From: Gemmatimonadota bacterium
Lineage (GTDB): Bacteria; Gemmatimonadota; Gemmatimonadetes; Longimicrobiales; Gaopeijiaceae
DNA: 64,000 bases
Direction: 5' to 3'
Assembly: GCA_039589315.1 (NCBI GenBank)
Contig: JBDHHQ010000012.1
Coordinates: 32,001 to 96,000 of the forward strand
The position numbers were made by a program, and so were the translations under genes. The notes under the pieces were generated by a model. The model was not told the DNA's origin. It was given only the letters and a program-made list of their open reading frames with translations, and did no database searches. Shown here piece by piece: positions 10,471 through 20,196 of the stretch (position 1 is its first letter; each line of letters starts with the position of its first letter).

Positions 10471-10683
10471 ACCCCTGTTGAACTTCTGGCCGCAAATGCC
10501 GATCACGATGAAGGAGGAAATGGACGCGGGCGGTGCCGGCGGAGCCCAATCCCGGGGCACCGGAGCGGTCCGGTCCACGGGATGCGGTAACGAGAATGCG
10601 GCGGAGGCTCCCGCAGCGCACGGCTAGCGCTTGCCTACCGCCCCGGGCGTCCAGAGCGGGACGTTGGCGGAGGTCGAGGGGCC

Positions 10684-12543
10684 ATGCGCTTTCGGTACAT
10701 CGACGGCAGGGGCAAGGAGATCACGCTCGACAGCGTGGAAGCGCTGGCGGCGCGCATCGAGTTGGGTGCCGTGTCGGCGGCGACCGAGCTCTACGATGCC
10801 CGAACCGACTCCTGGGGACCCGCCGAGAGCCACGCCATATACAGTCAGGTCCTCGAGGAAGCGGCTACCCGCGACTACGGTGGCTCGGTCGTCGCACCCA
10901 CCACGTCCTTCTCCGGTCCCGACCTGGGGTCCGACTCGCCCACCGGCGCGACCGATGCCGATCAGCCATCCGCCGTCGCCGACCCGGAGCCCGAGGACGC
11001 CGGCGACGCTCCGGAAACCACCGATCCGTTCGCTCTCGACATCAAGCCGGATCTGCTGGACGCCGCACCCATGGCCATGGCAGACCTCGCCCTCGAGGCC
11101 GAGGCGGTACCCGTAGACGCGGGGCAAGCGGAGGACCCCGGCCTGGACATCGGCGGTACCCTGGAGTTGGCAGCCCCCGTCGGTTTGACGACGAACGACG
11201 CGGCCCTGGATCGCGAGCCTCCTCTCGAGGGCTTCAGCGCCCGGCCAGAGGGCTCGTGGGACGCCGACGGCGTGGCCGCCACGACCGATCACGATCTCAC
11301 GGGCGCCGACGACCCGTCCGGGGACCTGGTGATCGACCACGGGTGGGGCAGCGGGCGGTATGAGGATGACGATACGCCTGGTGATGGCGTTCCGGCGGGC
11401 GGGGCTCAGGAGGAGCGGCCGAGACCGTTCAACGCACCGACCCATCGTTTCGACGCGGACGATCCCTTCGAAAAGCCCTCCTTCGAGGCCGAAGATCCGT
11501 TCGCGGCCTCCACCTTCGCGGACGCCCCTTGGCCGGAGGTGGACGTAGCCGACGATGTCGACGACGCGGCGGCAAGCTGGACCCAGGCGCTGAGCTTCCT
11601 GTCTTCCCCGCCGGTTCAGTGGAGCTTGCTGGTCGGCTCGTTCCTGGTCATGGCGCTGTTCGGGTCGGCCGTGACCAGCGGGCTGCTGCTGCGGGGCCTA
11701 CTGACCGTAGGTGTGGTTCTGGGCCTGGGACTCGTGACGGGGCTCTTCCTGTGGAGGGACCCGGTACGGCGTTCGCTGATTCCGGCTGCGACCTTCGGCC
11801 TGGTGACGGTGCTCAGCGTCCCACTCTTCTCCATGGGCCCACGCGTCGACGCCGCAGAAGCTCCCACGCCCACGGCTCGGACGGCCGCGAGAACCAGCGT
11901 GGACGTTCCCTCGGGCCCCGTGCCCGAAGCGAATCCGGGCGAGGCCGCCATGGAAGCTCACGCGCTGGAGGAAGTCGTCGCGGGCCTGGACAGCCTCGCC
12001 ATCAGCTATGGCCTCAATCGCCGGCCCGCCGAGTGGCTCCAGGGCGTCTATCTCGCCAACGCGAGCTGGTTCCCCCAGGTCCAGGACTACTGGGAGCGCT
12101 ATCAGCGCTACGTGGATGAGATCGAGACGCAGGACGCAGAGTGGTTCCGCTCCAGCTATCAGGCGCGCCTCCGGGACACCGGCGTCGCCCCCGGCGCCGT
12201 CGAGGGCCTGGTGGAGCGAGGGATGTCGCGTTTCTACGCCTCCGCCGGTCGCCGTCAGGAGCTCTACAACACCATGCAGGAGCTCGCCGCCGGCGCCTTG
12301 GAGCTGCACACGTTGCTGCTCGAGCGGGAAGCGGACATCGACTACGAGCCCTACTCGCAGAACGGAGTCTCCGCGGATCCGGTCGTCGAGGCGGTGCCCA
12401 ACGACCCGGAGCTGGAGGACGAGATGTGGGCCATCATCGGCTCGCTGGCTCTGGCCCTCGAGCGGATCACCGACCTGGGCGAGACGTCACCAGGACACCT
12501 GCAGCAGGCCTTGGCCGACTCCATCAAAGCCAGCATCCGCTGA
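10684..12543 (+). CDS. Membrane protein: N-terminal GYF_2/DUF4339-like domain, long acidic linker, ~3 TM helices, C-terminal helical domain
   Basis: N-terminus resembles the GYF_2 pattern; ~250-aa D/E/P/A-rich segment; hydrophobic helices near aa 315-385. Confidence 0.7.
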   Translation: MRFRYIDGRGKEITLDSVEALAARIELGAVSAATELYDARTDSWGPAESHAIYSQVLEEAATRDYGGSVVAPTTSFSGPDLGSDSPTGATDADQPSAVADPEPEDAGDAPETTDPFALDIKPDLLDAAPMAMADLALEAEAVPVDAGQAEDPGLDIGGTLELAAPVGLTTNDAALDREPPLEGFSARPEGSWDADGVAATTDHDLTGADDPSGDLVIDHGWGSGRYEDDDTPGDGVPAGGAQEERPRPFNAPTHRFDADDPFEKPSFEAEDPFAASTFADAPWPEVDVADDVDDAAASWTQALSFLSSPPVQWSLLVGSFLVMALFGSAVTSGLLLRGLLTVGVVLGLGLVTGLFLWRDPVRRSLIPAATFGLVTVLSVPLFSMGPRVDAAEAPTPTARTAARTSVDVPSGPVPEANPGEAAMEAHALEEVVAGLDSLAISYGLNRRPAEWLQGVYLANASWFPQVQDYWERYQRYVDEIETQDAEWFRSSYQARLRDTGVAPGAVEGLVERGMSRFYASAGRRQELYNTMQELAAGALELHTLLLEREADIDYEPYSQNGVSADPVVEAVPNDPELEDEMWAIIGSLALALERITDLGETSPGHLQQALADSIKASIR

Positions 12544-12813
12544 TCCGACTCACGGGGCTTGCGCCCGGCGCCGGACGATCGCCGGGGCCTCGGGTTCTGG
12601 CCTCGACGACGGACGCGCCCTGCGACGGGGTCCGTCCAGCCCCCGGTCGTCTGCCTCGATCCGTCCAGCCACCTGCCGGCTCAGCGTCCGGCCCCTGAGG
12701 TCCTCGGTCAGGGCTAGCCGACCAGCGAGGCGAGACCCGCGGTCTGGACAGAAGTGCCCCACTTCCGCAATCTGCCAGCCCCCACGAACGCGAACGGCCG
12801 AGGCGGAGTGAGC

Positions 12814-13536
12814 ATGAACGAGCTGAGTGGACGGGTAGCGTTGGTCACGGGAGGTACCAAGGGGATCGGTCGGGCCATCGCCGAAGCCCTGGTGCAGACA
12901 GGGTGCCACGTGGCGATCAGCGCCCGAACCGCGGGTGACGTCGGCCGGGCAGAGGCCGAATTGGCCGGGCTGGGCGGTGGGCAGGTGCTGGGCGTCGTCT
13001 GCGACGTGCGGAATCCGTCCGCGTGTGCCGACCTCGTGAAGACCACGGTGGAGCGCTTGGGGCGACTGGACGTCCTCGTGAACAACGCCGGGATGGGCGT
13101 CTTCAAACCGATCCAGGAGATGTCGATCGAGGAGTTCCAGAGCCAGATCGAGACCAACCTCGGCGGCGTCTTCTACTGCTCCAAGGCCGCGATTCCCCAC
13201 CTGTCGGCGGGAGAGGACGGGTGGATCATCAACATCGGCTCCCTGGCGGGCCGGAACGCGTTCGCCCGGGGCACTGCATACAACGCCAGCAAGTTCGGGC
13301 TGCGAGGATTGTCCGAGGCCATGATGCTGGATCTCCGTTACGACGGGATTCGGGTGAGCACGATCATGCCGGGCAGCGTCAACACGGCGTTCGCCGGCAC
13401 GGAGCCGGGTTCCGAGGGGGCATGGAAGCTCCAGGGCGACGACATCGCTCGGGCCGTCCTGGATCTGCTCCGGTACCCAGGCAACGCCCTGGCCAGCAAG
13501 ATCGAGATGCGCCCCAGCCAACCACCGAGGAGATAG
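12814..13536 (+). CDS. SDR family oxidoreductase
   Basis: TGGTKGIG, NNAG, YNASK. Confidence 0.95.
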   Translation: MNELSGRVALVTGGTKGIGRAIAEALVQTGCHVAISARTAGDVGRAEAELAGLGGGQVLGVVCDVRNPSACADLVKTTVERLGRLDVLVNNAGMGVFKPIQEMSIEEFQSQIETNLGGVFYCSKAAIPHLSAGEDGWIINIGSLAGRNAFARGTAYNASKFGLRGLSEAMMLDLRYDGIRVSTIMPGSVNTAFAGTEPGSEGAWKLQGDDIARAVLDLLRYPGNALASKIEMRPSQPPRR

Positions 13537-13574
13537 CTGCTGAGGCAGTGACGGAGCCTCGGCACGCTCGGCGG

Positions 13575-13886
13575 CTACGGGGCCACTGAGGCACCACACT
13601 GGTTGTCGGGCGCCCCGGCCTCGATCCACTGCCGGATCACCCGGATCTCCCGGGGGAGCAGGCGCGGCTCCTTCTCCGGCATCTCTCCCGTCTCGACCTG
13701 CTCCAACCGGTAGCTGCCCACCGGATCGCCCGGTACCACCACGACGCCCCAGGTGGAGCCCGCCAACACGACGAATAGCAACGCGACCCCGGACAGCGCG
13801 ACCGGGAAGTGGACGGTCATGCTGTGGAGCGGATGCGTGTCCGTGAGTGCCTCGAAGAGGCGCGAGAAGAACTCCGCCACCGTCAT
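13575..13886 (-). pseudogene. Collapsed remnant of a DUF2231-type membrane / planctomycete-type cytochrome c gene
   Basis: HPLHSMTVHFPVAL N-terminus joined directly to VVPGDPVGS...GEMP...IRQWIEAGAP cytochrome c tail; no CxxCH. Confidence 0.6.
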
Positions 13887-13889
13887 GGC

Positions 13890-14732
13890 CTACGAGCCTT
13901 CGATCGACCTCCGGATCGCGTCGACCGTCTGCTCGACACGCCACCGCATCAGCTCCGTACCGATCTCGATCGATCTCTCCTTGGGCGCGATGTCGACGCC
14001 GTTGGTGTCGGTCAGACCGGCCTTCACACGCTGCTCGTACCGGACCACCGACGGATCGTTGACCATCATGAGTGTGGTGATCCAGTAGCTATCATGATAG
14101 CCGTCTTCCACTTCCACGATCCCGAAGGTCTTTTCCATGTGGGCGATGGTGCCGTCGTTGTCGTAGTACGCCGCGATGTGGTGGGCTCGGGCGTCGGTCC
14201 ACCGGGCATTCAGCGCAGCGGCGACGGCCTCCTGGCCGTCCTGGTTTCTACCGCTGTCGCCGATGAACACGATGTCGGTGAAGCCATGGGCCCGGAGGCT
14301 GCTGGCCACGTCGTCCAGGACGGCCTCGAAGGTCTCGTCCCGCAGGCTGATGGTGCCTGGGTACCGCATGTGTCCCGACGGCTCCTCGATGTCGCCCTCG
14401 GGCACGAGCTTGACGATGGGTGCGCACAGCGCGTTCCCCAGCTTCCGTGCGATGTCCTCGCACGCGACCTCGAGGATGTAGTTGTGTTTGCCCAGCGCCA
14501 CGTAGCGTCCGTTCTGCTCGATACCCCCCGTCGGGATGATCGCGGTCGTCTTCCCCTCGGCCAGAGCGTCCCGGATCTCCATCCAGTTCAGCTCCTCGAT
14601 CCAGACCGAGTTCAGAGCCGGGAGGGGCGTGGGCTCGGCGAGCTCGTCCTCCGTGCTAAGCTGGGTCCGGGCCGAGCCCGGTAGGGTCGCCAACAACGCC
14701 AACGAAAGGATAACGGCCCGTACTGCTCCCAT
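13890..14732 (-). CDS. Creatininase/creatinine amidohydrolase family protein with signal peptide
   Basis: WIEELNWMEIRD, IIPTGGIEQNG, YPGTISL, SLRAHGFTDIVFIGDSG; Sec-type N-terminus. Confidence 0.88.
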   Translation of the reverse strand: MGAVRAVILSLALLATLPGSARTQLSTEDELAEPTPLPALNSVWIEELNWMEIRDALAEGKTTAIIPTGGIEQNGRYVALGKHNYILEVACEDIARKLGNALCAPIVKLVPEGDIEEPSGHMRYPGTISLRDETFEAVLDDVASSLRAHGFTDIVFIGDSGRNQDGQEAVAAALNARWTDARAHHIAAYYDNDGTIAHMEKTFGIVEVEDGYHDSYWITTLMMVNDPSVVRYEQRVKAGLTDTNGVDIAPKERSIEIGTELMRWRVEQTVDAIRRSIEGS

Positions 14733-14953
14733 GGTGATGACCTCCTGGACTCGGCTCCGGGGTTTTGCTCAGCGCGGCCGAGCTGGCGAGAGGGGCGATC
14801 CGCCCCCGTTTCGAGGAAGCCCCGCCTCGAGCTCAGTTGGGCCATCGACCGGTGAGGCACTCCCACAATCGAGTCAGGACAATGGGTTCGGCCGAGAACG
14901 GGGCGCAAGGCTCCAGCGCACCGTGTCGAATCCAGAAGAGGCTTCGCATCGCT

Positions 14954-16270
14954 TTACCGGGGCTCGCCCTCCTCGTCCTCTTCGAGCTCCCCCTCGAGGA
15001 GGCGGAACGCCTCGATCAGCTCCGGATCGTCTTCGGTCCCCAGAACCCGCCCGGCGATGTACTCCCCCAACACGGGGCCCTGCTTGAACGATTCCGCGGA
15101 GCCCCCGCCCCCCAGCCATCCGTTCTCGAAATCCGGATGAAGGTCGATGATGAAGTTCCCGCTCACGGTCCCCGTGTAATGGCACGCGCGGGTTTCGTTG
15201 ATCGGCCGTTCAGCCAGGGCGGGGAAGTACTTCGCCAGTACCTCTCTCGGCTGAGCGTGATGCTCCGGATCGATCAAGCGGATGCTGGTGTCGGGGTCCT
15301 CGCCCGTGTGGCTGCCTGTCCGGATGCGGAATCCCCGGGAATCCCTGGACAGAGCCGGCCAGCCCGTGACACCGGGGACGTTGTAGCTCGGCAGGTTCGG
15401 ATACCTGAACGACTCGTCACCCGGCGGGGTGGAGAAGTAGTAGACGTGCCCGAGGGTTCGCATGCTGAGTCTCTTGCCCATGAGCTGCGGAAAGAACTTC
15501 GGGAACCAGGGCCCCAGGGCAAAGACGAAGGCGCCGGCCGAAAGGCGCTCCCCACCCTCCAGCTCCACGTCGCCGATCGTGCGGTCGGTCACGTGCCCGA
15601 TCCTCACCCTGCCGGTTCGGATCTCCCCACCCTCGAGCTGGAAGACCCTGGCCACGGACTCGATGGCGCGGCGAGCCCGGACCACGCCGGCCGCCGGCTC
15701 GTAGAGTGCCACTGCGACGTCCGGTGTGCCGATGACCGGCCAGCGATAGCGGATGTCCTCGGGCGCGAGGACCTCGTACGGGTGCCCCATGGCGTCCCAG
15801 TTGGCCATGGTCTCCTCGAGGAACGGCTCCATCTCGGCCCTCATGATGAGGTCACCGGTCGTGTAGAACAGCGGCCGCTGAGCCTCTCGGGAGTGTTCCT
15901 CGTCCCACGCCTTCCAGCGCTCGATGGCCCGCGCAGCCCACCGTCCCCACTGGAGTCCGTGGGGGACATCCCCGTAGCTCGTGCGCACTCCCCGCGTCTC
16001 GCCGCCGGAAGACGACCGGGAGTTCCCGGGCCCATACTGGTCGATCAACGTGACCCGGGCGCCCATCCGCCGCAGGTGGAGCGCCGTCCAGGTCCCGAAG
16101 TTCCCGGCCCCGACCACGACAACGTCGGGTGCCTGCACGCTCTGCACCCCCCTGCCACCGGCCGACGCCACCTGGCGCGCAGCTGCCTGCGCCGGCTCGG
16201 TCAACGCCAGACCAGCGCCTGCAGTAGCGGCCTTGAGGAAGTCTCGGCGGTTGATTCCCACGCCCGACAC
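14954..16270 (-). CDS. Tat-exported FAD-dependent oxidoreductase, sarcosine oxidase/DAO family
   Basis: NRRDFLK Tat motif; VVGAGNFG; SSSGGETRGVR; ACHY...FIIDLHP resembles the MSOX FAD-attachment Cys region. Confidence 0.9.
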   Translation of the reverse strand: MSGVGINRRDFLKAATAGAGLALTEPAQAAARQVASAGGRGVQSVQAPDVVVVGAGNFGTWTALHLRRMGARVTLIDQYGPGNSRSSSGGETRGVRTSYGDVPHGLQWGRWAARAIERWKAWDEEHSREAQRPLFYTTGDLIMRAEMEPFLEETMANWDAMGHPYEVLAPEDIRYRWPVIGTPDVAVALYEPAAGVVRARRAIESVARVFQLEGGEIRTGRVRIGHVTDRTIGDVELEGGERLSAGAFVFALGPWFPKFFPQLMGKRLSMRTLGHVYYFSTPPGDESFRYPNLPSYNVPGVTGWPALSRDSRGFRIRTGSHTGEDPDTSIRLIDPEHHAQPREVLAKYFPALAERPINETRACHYTGTVSGNFIIDLHPDFENGWLGGGGSAESFKQGPVLGEYIAGRVLGTEDDPELIEAFRLLEGELEEDEEGEPR

Positions 16271-16275
16271 TGCCG

Positions 16276-16767
16276 TCAGTTTCCCGAAAGGGCAGTGAGG
16301 TTGTACGCGGCGAGGGCGTCCCTGTCGGTCGGCAGCTCTTCGCTCCCGGCCGGGATGCCGTTGAGGCTCAGGATGTACGCCACGACGTCGGCGTACTGGC
16401 GGGGGGACAGGCTCCCGGGCGCGTTCTCCGGCATCGTCTCCGCGATGTGCCCGAACAGGTCAGCGACCGACCGCCGTCGCCAGCTGAACTTGAACTGATC
16501 GTCCCTGAACTCCCGGCTGTAGTGGCACTCCCCACAGACGGAGCGGAAGGTCCCCCGACCGCGTTCGGCCTGCTCTTCCGAGTAGATTCCGGCGAGGGTG
16601 GCGTCCGCCACCGCTGCCGGGCTCGCGGCCCCGGCTGTCGCCGGGGCGGGGTCGGCCCCAGACGCCTGAGGTGGGGACACCTCGGCCGATTCGGGGGAGC
16701 CGGACGCGCAAGCGGCCGACAGGAGAGAGAGCGTGGTGACCAGGATTGCCGCGGTCTGCTGATTCAT
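16276..16767 (-). CDS. Monoheme cytochrome c lipoprotein
   Basis: Lipobox LSAAC; YSEEQAERG...CGECH...TMPENAPGSLS. Confidence 0.9.
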   Translation of the reverse strand: MNQQTAAILVTTLSLLSAACASGSPESAEVSPPQASGADPAPATAGAASPAAVADATLAGIYSEEQAERGRGTFRSVCGECHYSREFRDDQFKFSWRRRSVADLFGHIAETMPENAPGSLSPRQYADVVAYILSLNGIPAGSEELPTDRDALAAYNLTALSGN

Positions 16768-17036
16768 GGAGCGGAGTGGTCTTCTCGCTGACGGTTCGGT
16801 GTACGTGCCTGACGGCGGCGGGCGGTGCGAGTCACACCGCTCCGACCGGGAGACCTACCCGGGGTCCGCGGCTCTGGCAAGCAGCCTAGGCAGGCCGCGG
16901 GCGCGTAGGCAAGGGGACGGGTGTGATGGACCACCCTCGTCTTTACGGGCTGCGCTCTCTGGAACATGTTCCGGAGCCGCTCGAGGGGCGGCCATAACCG
17001 TCACGATTTCATCTCAACGATCGACGAAACCGAGCC

Positions 17037-18434
17037 ATGTCCGACGAATACCGTACCGAGAAGGACTCCCTGGGTGAGGTGGAGGTCCCCGCCAAAGCGC
17101 TGTACGGGGCACAGACCCAGAGGGCATTCGAGAACTTCCCGATCAGCGGCCGCCGCTTCGGCCGTCGCTTTATTCAGGCCATGGGCTTGATCAAGAAGGC
17201 GGCGGCCCAGACCAACCAGGAGCTGGGACACCTCCCACCCGACATCGCCGGTGCCATCGTGGAGGCAGCCGGTGAGGTGGCGGACGGCCAATGGGACGAC
17301 GAGTTCGTGCTGGACATCTACCAGACGGGCTCCGGAACCTCCACCAACATGAACGCCAACGAGGTGGTCGCCACACGCGCCAGCCAGATCCTGGGCCGGG
17401 ACCACGGCGTGCACCCCAACGACCATGTGAACTTCGGGCAGTCGTCCAACGACACCATCCCCACCGCGATCCACGTTGCCGCCCGGGTGGCGATCGACGA
17501 GGAGCTGATTCCCGCCCTGATGCACCTGCGCGACGCCCTGGCGGAGAAGGCGCGAGCATTCGACTCCGTGGTGAAGTCGGGACGCACCCATCTGATGGAT
17601 GCCACGCCCGTCCGCCTGGGCCAGCAGTTCGGCGGATACGCCCACCACGTCAGCAAAGGCATCGAGCGGGCGCATGCGGCGTCTGCCGAGCTGGCCGAGC
17701 TGGCCCTTGGTGGGACAGCCACGGGTACAGGCATCAACACCCACGAGGAGTTCGCCGTCCGAACCATCGCTCGGATATCGGATGAGCTCGGCCTCCCGTT
17801 TCGGGAAGCCGAGAACCACTTCGAGGCTCAGGCCGGCAAGGACGCCGCCGTGAGCGCTTCGGGCGCACTCAACACCATCGCCACCTCGCTCATGAAGGTG
17901 GCGGACGACATCCGCTGGTTGGCCTCGGGGCCCACGTCGGGGATCTCCGAGATCCGGCTGCCGGCGATCCAGCCGGGCTCCTCCATCATGCCGGGCAAAG
18001 TCAACCCCGTCATGAGCGAAGCCACGATGATGGTGGCGGCCCGGGTGATGGGCAATCACACCGTGGTCACCGTGGCCGGAAGCCGGGGCAACTTCGAGCT
18101 CAACGTGATGATGCCGGTGCTGGCGGACGCCCTGCTCGAATCCATCACGTTGCTGGCCAACATGGCGCGCACCTTCACGGACCGCTGCGTGGTCGGGATC
18201 GAGGTCAACGAAGAGCGAGCCCGGGAGCTCCTGGAGAAGAACCCGTCCATCGCGACTGCGCTCAATCCGTACATCGGGTACGACCGGGCGGCAGAGGTGG
18301 CGAAGCAGGCCGCGAGGGAGGGCCGCTCGGTGCGCGAAGTGGTAGAGGAGCAAGGACTCCTCTCTCCGGATCAGCTGGACGAGGCCCTCAACGTCAGGGA
18401 CATGACGGAGCCCGGATTGCCGGACACGGACTGA
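17037..18434 (+). CDS. fumC: Class II fumarate hydratase
   Basis: QTGSGTSTNMNANEV, GRTHLMDATP, GSSIMPGKVNP. Confidence 0.96.
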   Translation: MSDEYRTEKDSLGEVEVPAKALYGAQTQRAFENFPISGRRFGRRFIQAMGLIKKAAAQTNQELGHLPPDIAGAIVEAAGEVADGQWDDEFVLDIYQTGSGTSTNMNANEVVATRASQILGRDHGVHPNDHVNFGQSSNDTIPTAIHVAARVAIDEELIPALMHLRDALAEKARAFDSVVKSGRTHLMDATPVRLGQQFGGYAHHVSKGIERAHAASAELAELALGGTATGTGINTHEEFAVRTIARISDELGLPFREAENHFEAQAGKDAAVSASGALNTIATSLMKVADDIRWLASGPTSGISEIRLPAIQPGSSIMPGKVNPVMSEATMMVAARVMGNHTVVTVAGSRGNFELNVMMPVLADALLESITLLANMARTFTDRCVVGIEVNEERARELLEKNPSIATALNPYIGYDRAAEVAKQAAREGRSVREVVEEQGLLSPDQLDEALNVRDMTEPGLPDTD

Positions 18435-18509
18435 GGCGTAGCCTCACGGCGCGGCCCGGACCCACGGTGCGGGCGTCGCCGGCAGGGACAGGAACGAGAG
18501 GAGCCGACG

Positions 18510-19262
18510 ATGGGATCGAGATCAGGCCCAGCGATGCTCGCGCTTCTGGGAGTGATCGCCCTCCCGTTGGGTGCACAGGAGACCTCCTACCTGTTGGGCC
18601 GCGTTATCGATGCCGGTACGAAGGCGCCGCTGAACGGCGCCTTCGTGTCCTTTCCCGACACCCGCCGCGGCGTCTTCACCGACCCCGACGGGGTTTTCCG
18701 TCTACCTGGGGCCGTGCCCAACGACGCCCGGAAGGTCCAGATCGAGCTCATCGGATACGGAATCGCCGAGTTGCCGGCACGCCTGTTGTCCGATTCGGTG
18801 CCTCTCAACATCCCGTTGGCGTCGGACCCGATCCTCGTGGAGGGCTTCCAGGTGGTGAGCGACCGGTTCCGCCGCCGTCGCAACGCTTCCACCATGGCCG
18901 TGCGGACCTTCGACGTTCGCTGGTTGCGTACGTCGCCGGCCACGAACGTCCTGGAGTTTCTCGAGCGCCAGACCTTCATCCGCGAGGTGCCCTGCTCGGT
19001 CGGCCTGGGTGCGTCCGCATCGCTCCTGAGCGGTCCGGGAAACTGCGCACGGGTGCGGGGGAGAGTTCAGCCTGTGACGCTGTGCATCGACGAGGTGCCA
19101 TCGTTGGGTGGGCTCTTCCAGCTCGCCTCGATCCCGCCCCAGGAGCTCAACATGGTCGAGGTGTACGGTGGGGGACGCATGGTCCGCGTCTACACCCAGG
19201 CGTTCATGGAGCAGGTGTCCCGGAGGCGCTTCAGGCCCCACCCCATCGAGTACGGTTGCTGA
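18510..19262 (+). CDS. Exported carboxypeptidase-regulatory-like domain protein with plug-like C-terminus
   Basis: GRVIDAGTKAPLNGAFV...TDPDGVFRL...IGY; C-terminal IDEVP...IPPQELNMVEVY. Confidence 0.75.
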   Translation: MGSRSGPAMLALLGVIALPLGAQETSYLLGRVIDAGTKAPLNGAFVSFPDTRRGVFTDPDGVFRLPGAVPNDARKVQIELIGYGIAELPARLLSDSVPLNIPLASDPILVEGFQVVSDRFRRRRNASTMAVRTFDVRWLRTSPATNVLEFLERQTFIREVPCSVGLGASASLLSGPGNCARVRGRVQPVTLCIDEVPSLGGLFQLASIPPQELNMVEVYGGGRMVRVYTQAFMEQVSRRRFRPHPIEYGC

Positions 19263-19272
19263 CCGGGCGGTT

Positions 19273-20160
19273 GTGACCGGGGAGCGGCTGCCCCCGCCTC
19301 CGGTGCTCGACGAGCTCGGCGCCCACGTGTCCGCGGCTGGGGGAGTGGCCAAGGCGCCGGGGCGTGCGCGCGACCGTGACTCGGTGTGTCTACAGCTCTT
19401 TACCAAGCAACCCAGCCGCTGGGCGGAACCGCACCTGGATGACGAGCAGGTTCGTGCCTTCCGGGACGAGCGGACTGGCCGGGGAATCCTCGTGGCCGGC
19501 GCCCACGACTCCTATCTGATCAACCTGTCGTCACCCGACCCGGCGCTCCGTGCGCGCTCGTACGCCTCTTTCCGCGAGGAGCTGGTCCGTTGCCAGGCCC
19601 TGGAGCTGGACTTTCTGGTCACCCACCCGGGCAACGCCACGGACGGAGACATCCGCAGCGGCCTGGACCGTAACGCCGAGGCGTTGGGGCGTGCTCTGGA
19701 AGAAGTCCCCGGCTCCACGCGCGTGCTCCTGGAGCTCACGGCCGGGGCTGGCTCGTCGGTGGGAGGCACCTTCGAGAACCTGGCCCGAATCGTGGCTGCC
19801 GTGCCACTGCGTCTGCAGGGTCGGACCGGGATCTGCTTCGATACCTGCCACGCCTACGCCGCGGGGTACGATTTGGTCCGAGATTACGAGGGAGTCTGGC
19901 GGGAGTTCGACGCCGTGATCGGGTTGGATCGCCTGGAGCTCTTCCATCTCAACGACGGCAAGGGGGGGCTCGGCTCTCGCCTGGACCGCCACGAGCACAT
20001 CGGCCGCGGATCGCTGGGCGAGGAACCCTTCCGCCGGCTCATGAACGACGATCGGATGGCCCGGATCCCGAAGCTCCTGGAGACGCCCAAGGAAGACGAC
20101 CCGGTGGCCCTCGATCGGGAGAACCTCCGCGTGCTGCGGTCCTTCCGCGGCCGAGCTTAG
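19273..20160 (+). CDS. nfo: Endonuclease IV (AP endonuclease)
   Basis: LGAHVSAAGG, HDSYLINL, HPG, LLELTAG, CFDTCH, HLND, DRHEHIG, LETPK. Confidence 0.96.
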   Translation: MTGERLPPPPVLDELGAHVSAAGGVAKAPGRARDRDSVCLQLFTKQPSRWAEPHLDDEQVRAFRDERTGRGILVAGAHDSYLINLSSPDPALRARSYASFREELVRCQALELDFLVTHPGNATDGDIRSGLDRNAEALGRALEEVPGSTRVLLELTAGAGSSVGGTFENLARIVAAVPLRLQGRTGICFDTCHAYAAGYDLVRDYEGVWREFDAVIGLDRLELFHLNDGKGGLGSRLDRHEHIGRGSLGEEPFRRLMNDDRMARIPKLLETPKEDDPVALDRENLRVLRSFRGRA

Positions 20161-20196
20161 GCCGAGCCGCCACCGTTCGGGCGGCCGCGTCGGGGA

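Noticed and set aside
10508..10627. Short ORF near AAGGAGG
   Set aside because: The SD is only 2 nt from the ATG at 10520, and the peptide is featureless.
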